A stretch of DNA of 64,000 nt from contig NW_026782580.1 in NCBI RefSeq assembly GCF_031769215.1, positions 1,178,001 through 1,242,000 on the forward strand. The letters are read 5' to 3'. A program made the translations under genes and the position numbers. How positions within the stretch are numbered: position 1 is the stretch's first letter; every line of letters begins with the position of its first letter. The notes beneath the pieces were generated by a model. That model saw only the letters and a program-made list of their open reading frames with translations, made no database searches and had not been told where the DNA came from. This document shows, one piece after another, positions 49,714 to 62,171 of the stretch. The DNA comes from Ylistrum balloti (taxonomy: Eukaryota).

Positions 49714-52700
49714 TGGGTAGAAGAGGGCGAAAAACCATCTAGCTATTTCTTTGGTTTAGAAAATCGTAATTACACTTCTAAAATAATACCTAAGTGACTT
49801 TCTGATAATAATGAGTTACTAACACAACAAGAGGAGGTTTTAGGAGAGGTATATACATTTTACAAAGGTCTCTATGGAGGAGGGCACAATATAGATGATA
49901 TGGAAAATATTAACCTAAATGATTATATAAATTTCAATGATATACCTAAATTGACACAATCTGAAGCAAATCACTTAGAAGGGGAGATAACTTATAAAGA
50001 AGCTGGGAATACTTTAAAACTAATGAAAAACAACAAAAGCCCTGGTTCGGACGGCTTCACAGCAGAATTTTTTAAATGTTTTTGGGGAAAATTAGGGGAA
50101 TTCATTGTTAGATCAATTAATTTTGGATATTGTACAGGACAATTATCTATTACACAAAGACAAGGTTTAATTACATGTATACCAAAGGCAGACAAACCCA
50201 GACACTTCATTAAAAATTGGAGACCTACATCTTTATTGAATGTAGTATATAAAATTGCTTCGGGTTCAATTGCCAATAGATTAAAAACTGTTCTTAGTAA
50301 ATTAATTAATGACGATCAAACTGGCTTCCTTTCTGGTAGATACATAGGCATCAATACTAGACTAATATATGACATTATGAAATACACAGAGGAGCATGAT
50401 TTACCTGGCATGTTGCTCATGATAGATTTTGCAAAAGCGTTTTGACTCAATATCTTGGTCTTTCATTGAAAAAGTTCTTATTTTCTTTGGTTTTGGTAAT
50501 AGTATAATTAATTGGTTTAACACGTTACACAAAAATGCTCAATCAGCTGTAAATCAGGGGGGTAATCTTTCTTCTTTCTTCAATATTGAGAGGGGCTGCA
50601 GACAGGGGGACCCAATCGCACCATATCTATTTATACTTTGTGCAGAGATTTTGGCAATTAGAATTAGGAAAAATTTTAACATTAAGGGGATTGAAATTGA
50701 AAATTGTCCACTTCTATTATCACAATACGCAGATGATACTTCACTAATACTTGATGGATAAAAAAACTCGCTAAAAGAATCAATTAAAGAGCTAAATATA
50801 TTTGCAAAGTTTTCATGTTTAAAAGTAAATGTTGATAAGACCCAGGTTATATGGATTGGGAATAAAAAATTTAGTGATGACAGTTTTTTACCAGAATACA
50901 ATTTGCAGTGGGGTAGGAGAAAATTTACCTTATTAGGGATAGAATTTAGTGTGAATCTCCATGAGATACCAAAACTTAATTTTGACAAAAAACTAATAAA
51001 ACTAAAATCATTGCTAACTACATGGAAGAGAAGGTCATTGACTCCGATTGGAAAAATTAATATAATTAAGTCGCTACTTATATCTTAGTTTACTCATCTT
51101 TTCATTTCTTTACCTAATCCTGATAATGCCTTTTTTGCTAAGCTTAATTCTATGTTTTTTGAATATCAATGGAATGGGGGACCTGATAAAATTAAAAGGG
51201 AGATAATTGTGCAGAATTATGTAAATGGAGGTTTGAAAATGGTTGATGTTTTAGTCTTTTGTAATTCCTTAAAGTTAACTTGGATAAGAAGACTTTTCCA
51301 AACCACGGCTAAATGGCAGTATATTGTGAAATGTTACATTAATATGGGTCTTTTTGCAAATTGTGGGAGCGAGTACGCTGAGAATTGTAGTAAGAATTGT
51401 AGAAATGATTTTTGGAAAGACGTTTTCAAAATATTTCATCTCTTTAATAGTAAATACTACAATAATATTCATCAAGAACAGATACTAAAAACACCTTTGT
51501 GGTACAATGAAGAGATAAAGATAGCTGGTTTATCAGTGCTTTATAAGGAATTTTATAGCAAAAATATTTTTGTAATTAATGATTTAGTTAAAGACACAAA
51601 CACTGGAGTTTTCTACTCATTTGGTGAATTTATTCAAAAATATAATGTAAATACAAACTTCCTGAAATATCAGAGTCTTCTGTCCTCAGTGAAGAAATTT
51701 ATTTCTTCCCACAATACACATTTTCCTTTACCCACACTATCTTATCCTTACATTCCTGCTAATTTAGATCCTTTTCTTAAAGACAGTAAAGGCTCAAAAA
51801 TTTTCTATGAAGCATTAATTAAGTCTAAACTGATTTCATCAGGAACCAGAAAATGGAATACATCATTTGAAGACATTGACAAACAAACATGGGAGAACTG
51901 TTACAAGATGCCATTAAAAGTCACCACTAATACAAAACTTATGTGGTTCCAATACAGAGTTATTCACCACATTCTGACTACTAATGTTTTTTTGTTTAAA
52001 ATCAGAACAGTTATCTCCCCTCTCTGTACATTCTGTAACTAAGAACCTGAAACTATTATCCATATAATGTGGGAATGTCAAGAAGTACAAAAACTATTGC
52101 AAAGCTTTGAATCATTGTTAAATATTCTTTATATTCCCTTTTCTTTTAACAAGAAATCTTTTCTTTTTGGAATTATTTTTGATAAATTCTTACCCAGCAA
52201 CCGAGTTGATAATGAAATTATTTTATTAATAAAACAGTATGTATACAAAACAAAATGTCTTCATAGCTCTTTAAGTTTAAATGCATTAATAAATATAATA
52301 AAGGACACTTATACAGTTCAAAAATACATAACAAATGGTAAAGATGATAAAGCAAAGAAAAAATTTGAAAACGAACGGAGAAAATGGGATGGTCTTATCA
52401 AGTTGTAACTCATAGCATCAGTGGCAAAAATCCATATTTGACAGCAGTTTATTCAAGTCACATCTGCAGCTCCTTAGCATCCAATAAATAACCTTAGTAG
52501 CCTTGCACACACACAAAAAGATGAAAATATATATAATTAAAACAGAACTATTTTTTTAATTTTTTTTATTGTTGTTTGCCATCCCAACCACTAAATATCA
52601 TGTTGTTACGTATGTATATAGTCTTTTCTCTCTCTCTTTCTTTTTCTTCTTCCTTTTGAAAAAACTTAAAAAAAAACAATACAATGAGTGTGTAAGCACT

Positions 52701-53536
52701 TCCATGCTGACTACATCTTGTTGATAGCTCAGTCGAAGTTAAATTGATCAGGCTGCACCTGAATGAAGCTGTTTCTTTTTTGTTTTTTATTTTTTATCAG
52801 CGAAGAAGTACAGGCTTAAATAACAAGCTCAATATTATCTTATTTTGTATGTATACATTCCTATGACTATATGCAAATATATTGTTTATCAGTCTGGTCT
52901 GGTTTGGTCTGGTCTGATCTGGTCTAGTCTGTCTGTCTGTCTGTCTGAGTGTATGTCTGTCTGTGTGCGAAGGTATGTGTGAGGGTGTATGTGTTGATGG
53001 GTGAGAGTATGTATGAGTGAGGGTGTTAGTGGTGTTTAAGTACTTAAATATTGACCGTATATGAAACAATTTGTCTTTACATAAATATGTATGTGTGTAT
53101 CTGCAAGGGAGAATGAATAGTAACTATGTATGAAACAATTTGTTTATACAGAAACATGTATGTGTGTACATGCAAGCAGAGACATATGTGTGTTATATAT
53201 GTCTCTGATGCAAAAGAGAATGAAAAGTGACTGTGGATGAAACAACTTGTTTATAGATAAGTATCTATGTGTGTATATGCAAGGGAGAATGAATAGTGAT
53301 TGTGTATGGAACAGTTTGTTTATGTGTGTGTATGGATACAGTATATAGTTGTTTTTGATTGTTGTGTGTATGAGCATGTCTTGCTTGAGATATACAAACA
53401 ATAGCTACTATAAGAGCTGTCATGTGTGCAAAGGTGTGTGTGGGCTTGCATGAATGAGCAATAGGCTGTTTCATTGTATATTCCCTCTCTGTATCAACTC
53501 ATTGTATTGAATAAAATGATAAATTACAAAAAAAAA
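49714..53536 (+). mobile_element. 5'-truncated, decayed L1/Tx1-type non-LTR retrotransposon (RT and C-terminal region)
   Basis: RT motifs KSPGSDGFTAEFFKCFW, NWRPTSLLN, DFAKAF, RGCRQGDPIAPYLF, QYADD; frameshifts and stops; AATAAA at 53510 and polyA; TSD AAGTATAGATAAAG at 49700-49713 and 53535-53548. Confidence 0.93.
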
Positions 53537-53744
53537 GTATAGATAAAGAAGTTAAATAGTGGTAGGGTCCAGACTCCTGAATAGGGTATGATGGTGACTC
53601 CTTAAGTATAAAGACAACCCTCTGAACCAGGGCAGGAAATTTTATTAACAACTGAAACATTCCAACCTATGATGTGATCAGCTAGGGGAGCCCTCAATGA
53701 AAAACCATCGGGTATTGATAGTGGGCTGAAGCTTGTTTTGGTGA

Positions 53745-56560
53745 AATGGCAGGCGTGGTCATATACAGGAAATAGCAGGCTCAAATAGAGGGCAGAATGG
53801 TCATATACAGGTAATAGCGAGCTCTATTTGGAACAGAAATGCTAGCCAAATAAAGAAAATAGCAGGTGCTACAAGGAGAATGGTCAAATACAGGTAATAG
53901 CGAGCTCTATTTGGAACAGATATGCTAGCCAAATAAAGAAAATAGTGGGTGCTACAAGGAGAAGAATGGTCAAATAAAGAAAATAGCAGACTTAACTCAA
54001 GGACCAAATGCTCAAATAAAAGAAATAGAGGAATTTACGGAGAGACAGAACTGCTGACAAAATAAAGAAAATAGCGGGCTTAATTTGGGGGCATCAATAC
54101 TGGGAAAATAGCAGGATGCATTATAGGTCAGAATGGTCAAATAAAGGAGACAGCTCTAGTAGAGAACAGAATGGTCAAATAAAGGAAATGATGCTCAACA
54201 AGGGACAGAAATGTTGGTCAAATAAAGAAAATGCTGTCCAAAGAAAACAGCAGGCTCTAAATAGGGGAGGGGGGGCAAAATGGTCAAATAAAGGGAATAG
54301 TGATCTTAATGCTAGCAAAATGAAGAAAATAGCAGGGCTCTACACGGGGAGAGAATGACCAGATACAGGAAATAGCGGGATCTAGAGAGGGTAGAATGGT
54401 CAAATAAAGAGAGTAACAGGCTTTACTAGGGTTCAGAAATGCTGGTCAAAATAAGGAAATAGAGAGCTCGACTATTGGGCAGGAATGCTGACCAAGTAAA
54501 GGATATATGGATCTCTACAGGGGGACAATTGCTGATTGAAAAAAATAGTAGGCTGTATAAGGGGATGGACTGGTAAAATAAAGAAAATAAGGGAATTTAC
54601 TGGGGGACAGAAATGCTGGTCAAATAAAGGAAACGGCATGCTCTGCAAGTGGGGTGGAAATATTGACAAAAGAAAAGGAAATAACAGTCTCTACGAGGGA
54701 CAGAAATGCTGGTCACATAAAGAAAATAATGGGCTTTAGTGGGGGACAGAAATACTGGTCACATAAAGAAAATAAGGGGCTTTAGTGGGGGACAGAAATA
54801 CTGGTCAAATAAAGAAAATAAGGGGCTTTAGTGGGGGACAGAAATACTGGTCACATAAAGAAAATAAGGGGCTTTACTGGTGGACAGAAATACTGGTCAC
54901 ATAAAGAAAATAATGGGCTTTAGTGGGGGACAGAAATACTGGTCACATAAAGAAAATAAGGGGCTTTACTGGGGGACAGAAATGCTGGTCACATAAAGAA
55001 AATAATGGGCTTTACTGGGGGACAGAAATACTGGTCACATAAAGAAAATAAGGGGCTTTACTGGGGGACAGAAATACTGGTCACATAAAGAAAATAAGGG
55101 GCTTTACTGGGGGACAGAAATACTGGTCACATAAAGAAAATAAGGGGCTTTACTGGGGGACAGAAATGCTGGTCACATAAAGAAAATAATGGGCTTTAGT
55201 GGGGGACAGAAATACTGGTCAAATAAAGAAAATAATGGGCTTTACTGGGGGACAGAAATACTGGTCACATAAAGAAAATAATGGGCTTTAGTGGGGGACA
55301 GAAATACTGGTCAAATAAAGAAAATAAGGGGCTTTAGTGGGGGACAGAAATACTGGTCAAATAAAGAAAATAAGGGGCTTTACTGGGGGACAGAAATACT
55401 GGTCAAATAAAGAAAATAGCAGGCTCTACTAGGGGAGAATGGTCAAATACAGGGAATAACGATATTTACTGGGGGACAGAAATACTGGTCACATAAAGAA
55501 AATAAGGGGCTTTACTGGGGGACAGAAATACTGGTCAAATAAAGAAAATAAGGGGCTTTATTGGGGGACAGAAATGCTGGTCAAATAAAGAATTTACTGG
55601 GGGACAGAAATACTGGTCACATAAAGAAAATAAGGGGCTTTACTGGTGGACAGAAATACTGGTCACATAAAGAAAATAAGGGGCTTTACTGGGGGACAGA
55701 AATACTGGTCAAATAAAGAAAATAAGGGGCTTTACTGGTGGACAGAAATACTGGTCAAATAAAGAAAATAAGGGGCTTTACTGGTGGACAGAAATACTGG
55801 TCAAATAAAGAAAATAAGGGGCTTTACTGGGGGACAGAAATACTGGTCACATAAAGAAAATAAGGGGCTTTAGTGGGGGACAGAAATACTGGTCAAATAA
55901 AGAAAATAGCAGGCTCTACTAGGGGAGAATGGTCTAATACAGGGAATAACGATATTTACTGGGGGACAGAAATACTGGTCAAATAAAGAAAATAAGGGGC
56001 TTTATTGGGGGACAGAAATGCTGGTCAAATAAAGAATTTACTGGGGGACAGAAATACTGGTCACATAAAGAAAATAGCACGCTCTACTAGGGGACAGAAT
56101 GGTCAAATACAGGGAATAACGATATTTACTGGGGGACAGAAATACTGGTCACATAAAGAAAATAGCAGGCTCTACTAGGGGACAGAATGGTCAAATACAG
56201 GGAATAACGATATTTACTGTGGGCAAAAATGCTGGCCAAATAAAGAAAGGGCCCTACTAGGGGACAGAATTGATAGTCAAAGACGGAAATAACAGGCTTT
56301 ACTAGGATACGGACATGCTGGTCAAATAAAGGCAATAGTGGGCTATATTGGGACAGAAGTGCTCGGGCCAAATACTGTGTAATGAAAAGTAGGCTGAACA
56401 GGAAGAAAGAAATGATGGTCCAATATGAGGAATATTAAGATATACTGGGACATATGTCATATATAAGCAACAGCAGGCTCTTCAGGGGAGGTGAGGGGGC
56501 AGACATTAAGGTCAAATAAATGAAATACCGAACTCTACTAGGGAACAGAATTTACGGTCA
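53745..56560. repeat. 46-bp satellite with a homogeneous core (about 54690-56050) and degenerate flanks
   Basis: Core unit GGGGACAGAAATACTGGTCA(C/A)ATAAAGAAAATAAGGGGCTTTA(C/G)TG; period measured from 54746 to 54792. Confidence 0.94.
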
Positions 56561-56913
56561 GATATAATGGATACAGTACTTCTACTGGTGGGAATATAAT
56601 AATGTAATACCTTGCTATTTAGACCACATATAACCCGTTGCACAAAATTGTAATTGTTGAAATAGACACGTCCGCGGCGGTAATTATCAGGGCCGAGGTG
56701 TCACCTGTCTTAAGCTACACTAGTCTTATTATTCATGGAGCACAGCAATTATGTTTACGTCCTGCCAATTAGCGAAAATATTGCCGCGAAAAGTGGATAC
56801 AATGTATATAGTAGCTATATATTGTTCAATTTTAGATTGACCGGAGAAACAAAATGGCCGATTGGCAGACATCTTTTTGACAGTTATAGTTTGTTTTCAC
56901 TAGAGGTACTGGG

Positions 56914-59900
56914 CGGGTCACGTCGTTACTGTAACTGTCAGTGGGATATCGATGTCGGGTAATATAAGAATAACAACCATGAATGTTAGAGGGCTGTACT
57001 CAGATCAGTACAAGAGAAGAGATGTCTTCCATTGGTTCAAAAACAAACGTGCCGATATCATTTGTCTACAATAGACACATAGTACAGATAAAGTAGAAAA
57101 AAAACTATGGGAACGGGAGTGGGGTTACAAATGTGTTTTTAATAGTTTTAATTCTAGATCTGCTGGTGTTGCCATTTTAATGAGGAACAGTTTTGAATAT
57201 GTTTTACATAGAAATAGAGTAGATAGTGAAGGCAGCATTATTATTTGTGATATCTCTATCAATAATGTAAGGGTCATACTTGTGAATATTTAGGGTCCCA
57301 ATCATGATACACCTAATTTTTACAGTAATCTATTAGACACCATCCAGGCTTTTAACAATGATAATTATCCGTCAATATTATGTGGTGATTGGAATACTGT
57401 ACAGGATAGGAATTTGGATACATGTAACATTATGGGAAATAATAACCCAAAATGTAGGCAAGCTATTCATAATATTATTGATGCTTGTAATCTTGATGAT
57501 TCATGGAGAAGTTTTAACCCCGAGTCAAAGGCCTTTACATGGAGGCAAAAAATACCTGTTAGAAAGAGCCGGTTAGATTACTTTCTAGTGTCAGAAGAGA
57601 TATATGCTAGGACGAAAGATACTTACATAATTCCAGGATATCAATCAGATCACTTTTGTGTTACTATTCGGTTAAACCTTAACAACCCTCCTAGAGGTAA
57701 GGGATATTGGAAACATAATTCAAAGTTATTGGAAGATGAGGAATATATTGAAAAGTGAAAATATGCATTAATGAGACAAGGTGAGAATTTGGAGGAGGTG
57801 ACTTTCAGAACAAATGATCAAATGTTATTTGAAATTTTGAAAATGAAACTACGAACTATGACTTTGCCTATTCTATAGACTAATAAAAAGCAAGAAAAAT
57901 TGAAGAAAAGAATTTTGAATCAGAAATTGAAACATTAGAAGAAAGAATTAACATTGAGCCAAGCAGTGAAGTATATGAAGCTCTGGAAGGGAAGAATAAT
58001 CAGTAGGCGAAAAACAGTCTTAATTTTAGATCAAAGGTAAATTGGTACGAATATGGGGAAAAGAACTCAAAATTTTTTTGCCGTCTAGAAAAAGGGAATT
58101 ATATAAATAAAAGAATTACTGCATTGATATCTGATAGTGATAATACTATAGATAAGCCTGAGGACATGTTAAATGAAGAAGCATCCTTTTATAAAAGACT
58201 ATGTTCTTCTCATGCTTAAGATTCACATAGACTTGATTTTTCCACTTTTTTCAACATGTAAAGTGAAATGGAGAGCAGAAGAAGGGACGTGAAGGGCTAC
58301 TAACACTTAGAGAACTGTCCATAGCTCTCAAGAATATGAAAAATGGGAAAACACCTGGGTCGGATGGATTTAATGTAGAATTTCATAAATTGTTTTGGAA
58401 AGATTTAGGTAAACCAGTTTGTAGGTCCATTAATTATGCATACTCGGTAGGAAAATTGTCGGACTTTCAATCACAGGGAATAATAACACGCATACCTAAA
58501 GAAAATACAGATAGACGATATATAAAAAACTGGCGTCCAGTATCATTGTTAAATGTAGATTAGAAGATTGCTTCAGCTGCTATAGCAAACAGATTAAAGG
58601 GTGTGTTACCATCGATTATAAGTGAAACACAGACAGGGTTTATTAAGGAAAGATTTATAGGGGATAGTACTAGGCAATTATATGATGTTATGTATTTCTT
58701 AGAGGAAAACAACAAACATGGTTTATTGTATCTTGATTTTGAAAAGGACTTTGACTCGGTTGAATGGGATTTTTTAGACAAAGCTTTAGAAAGTTTCAAT
58801 TTTGGTTCATCTGTTTGTAAATGGTTAACTCTTTTTTTTTACTTTAACTCTAAAAGCTGTCTTATCAAGAATGGTAATCTTTCTCATTTCTTCAAATTGG
58901 GAAGAGGCTGTCGTCAAGGCGACCGGATATCTCCGTACATCTTTGTTATTGTGGTTGAGCTACTTTCTTTAATGATAAAGTCTAACCAAAGGATTGGGGC
59001 TCTTACAATTGTTGACAAAAAGGTATTACTAGGACAATACGCAGATGATACATATCTCCTGTTAGATGGTAAAAGTGAATCACTATACGAAGCTGTACAC
59101 ATACTTGAAGATTTTTCTATGATATCTGGTTTAAAAGTAAACTTAGCAAAGTCCCGACTTTATTGAATAGGCAATAAGAAATTCTCAGACGAAATCATTT
59201 GTCCAGACCTAAACCTAACATGGTCAACTGAAAATTTTAGACTTCTAAGTATCACATTCTCCTTGAATCTGGATGGGATGGAAGAAATTAATTATGAACA
59301 TACTTTGAATCAGGTTGAAAAAATGTTAAGGCTTTGGGTAGTTCGAAATTTAACTATTATTCGAATAGAATCTCCTATAGATTTATCTGGAATTCAAATA
59401 CAGAGAAAATTAAAAGGGAAACTTTGGTAGCATTATATGATGAAGATGGCCTAAACATGACATACATTTTAGCTTTTAGTAAATATATGAAAGTTAGATG
59501 AACTAAGAGATACTATTCAGATGTAGATAGTGGCTGGAAATCTTTTTTAAATCTCATATTGAAAATAGATCCTGAGGTGCTCTTTCGTTTGGATGCAGGA
59601 AAGTTGAGGGAGAAAGCAAAAAATACAAAAAACAAATTTTGGTGTTATGTGTTATTATCTTTAGCAGAATTAAAATGTCCACCAAATTCTCTTGAAGAAT
59701 GTTTAGCATTAGATTTAACCTATCTTGTAAACCACTGTATCCCATGGAGAAATTTTGGTCTGCACAGGGTTAACGATTTATTTATAAATGGATTAACCAA
59801 ACCTGGGAAGAGCTCAGGCATGTGGTGCATTTAAATTTTATTGAATACCATGTAACTTTTCAGAAAATTAATAGAAATTGGAAAAATGAATATAGAATTG

Positions 59901-60979
59901 CTTGTGTGAATGGTGAAACAATTACTCCAATCAAAAAAGATATTGCTCAGAAAATGTTAGATCTGAAAGACCAAAAATTCATATACAAGCTTTTTGTAAA
60001 CAGTATAAAACATGAACCCGTTAAGGTAGGTGTTCTACAATGTACAGACGTAATTTTTGGAAATGCTAATTTTAGCGATATCTTGAATCTTTTTCTTTTA
60101 ATACTTAAATACTTCATCCATTACTGTAGAATCAATGATATTGTTCCTACTTTTACTGCATGTAAAACCAGATTCAGAAAAAAAACTTTGGAACGAACAA
60201 GCTCACTTTTGTCAATGCTCTGAGACACGAACCAGTAGGGGACAGATAATAGAATATTGTTAAGTACAGTCTTTTTATATTTACCATGTAATTTACCAAC
60301 TCTAAAGATTTTGTCGTGGCTGGACTCTTTCCTTAGTGAGTAAGAAATGTAAGAGGACATATAACATTCAATGTGATGTATGTGTGTGTGTATGAGTTTG
60401 AGAATCTGCATGTGTGCATGACCTGTTAGTGTGTGTAAGATGCAGGTACCAGCTCTACATATGGTTAAACTATAGTTTGATTATACAGGCCCAGATTGTA
60501 TGTTTTTTCCCTTAAAGGAGTATATGCACCATATTAATATATAACGTGTGATTAGTGCATATGTTGGTGTGTGGATCTGTGCTTGTGTGAACAAGTGTAG
60601 GCCAGTGTATATGTGTGTCAATCCATACCTGTGTTAAGAGAAAATAGCATCAGTGAGTGTATGTATTCTATACATTGAGTGTTGGTAGTTGTGTATCTAG
60701 TGATGGCTAGGTCTGTATATAGTATTTGTATCTATTGTATTTATCAACAATGATTATAGTTGACAATTATTTTGTAACTACATAGTAAAATATTTGGAGG
60801 ATGAATGTGTGAAGCGGTGCGCGAGAGCCCCTCCCCCCCTCCCCCCGAGAGGGGACACAATTTGTTTAAGAAGGCTGACCCAAAGGCCCTTGGCAGTCTG
60901 TCAATATGATCATGAATAAATGTTTTGTGTTATAAAAAATGAATAAAATGGACTCGAACTCTTAAAAAAAAGAAAAAAA
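56914..60979 (+). mobile_element. Decayed L1/Tx1-type LINE, APE endonuclease plus RT, no ORF1
   Basis: ATG at 56952: MSGNIRITTMNVRG...ICLQ*THS (APE), CGDWN, SRLDYFLVS, SDHF; RT motifs KTPGSDGFNVEFHKLFW, RGCRQGD, QYADD; many disruptions; polyA tail; TSD AGAGGTACTGGG at 56902-56913 and 60980-60991. Confidence 0.93.
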
Positions 60980-62171
60980 AGAGGTACTGGGTAGATCAGT
61001 CTAAAATTCCTTTATTTTGCATTGTCCAATTTGGGACTGTTTGCAAAAACAAAATGGCCCATAGGTAGCCATCTTGGATTTTTGTGTGTGTTTTTTTTCT
61101 TGAAGTTGTACTCATTTCTATTGGTTTGCCATATGCTTAATTTATATGTTAATAAATATTTGTATATAATTAAGAGTATGTAAACAGAGGAAATAAGGGA
61201 AAAGATCCAACTTTAAAAACCCAGATCATACAATGCTGGACGCCAAGATCCCTGGGACGTCTTGTGATTTGCGATTTGTAATGTTGATAAATTTTGTGAA
61301 TTTTAGTTTTCAAAAGTAAATGAATGCATGCATGAAAAATTAATTATGTATCATCTGTTTGTGGACATACTACTAAGACTTGTAGTTAGTCACTGCTGAC
61401 TATAATGTTAAAATCACTATCATGAACTATTAAAAGAAGTTTCAGTCGAGGTCACCATGTTTCAACCCCGAAAATAACTATTTAGAAAACTCGTCGGTTG
61501 GCGATATACACAAATATCTTTGTATTAGGCTTATTTTATTGACCAATGGACGATTTCCTCATTTCTTCAGCACGAAATCTAAAGTAAAAGTCGCTTTTGA
61601 AATTTTACACTTCCATCTGTTGTATGCCAACATTATCTGGCAGTGACATGCACGAGGGGAGATAACTCGTACAATGTTTTCGAGAAAATGTGACCATTTT
61701 GATTTCTTTAGCTGGTAACATTTATGTTGTATATTTTCTCATGATGTGACGAGTTGTCCCATTGCTCTGCTGTTTGGGCTGATATAACTATTGTTGCTGA
61801 GCAGAAGCAGTTTATTTTCGTTTTCGTTTTCGGTTTCGTTTCTGAAAACCAAATCTGAAAATGGTTCCATCTCATGTACAGCTCATCGATACTGCTTTTT
61901 GAAATCAGAAAGTATTTATACTTATAATTCGAACTTTTAGTTTCTCTATTGCTTTGGGTCAAAAGACGTTGTCCGGTCTCGATCTAGAGAGCTATCATAC
62001 AACACAGGTAAGGCTATCTTCCACCAACATGGTTGTATGAAAATTATAAATATCATTTTAGCATTTACTGAATTGTGCATTCAGATACATTCAAATGCTT
62101 TAGTGCTGAGTTAGAAAACATTTCAGAAAACAATGAAGAAAAGAAAACTATTGTGATAGTATTGCAATAGT

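Noticed and set aside
48893-49738. 281-aa ORF with 23-aa repeats
   Set aside because: Translation of the 69-bp minisatellite.
52722-52740. tRNA A-box-like GATAGCTCAGTCG
   Set aside because: No B box or cloverleaf follows.
60875-60900. Histone stem-loop-like ACCCAAAGGCCCTT in the LINE 3' UTR
   Set aside because: The loop and 3' arm (TGGCAGTCTG) do not fit the TTTC-AGRGCC consensus, so the stem cannot form.
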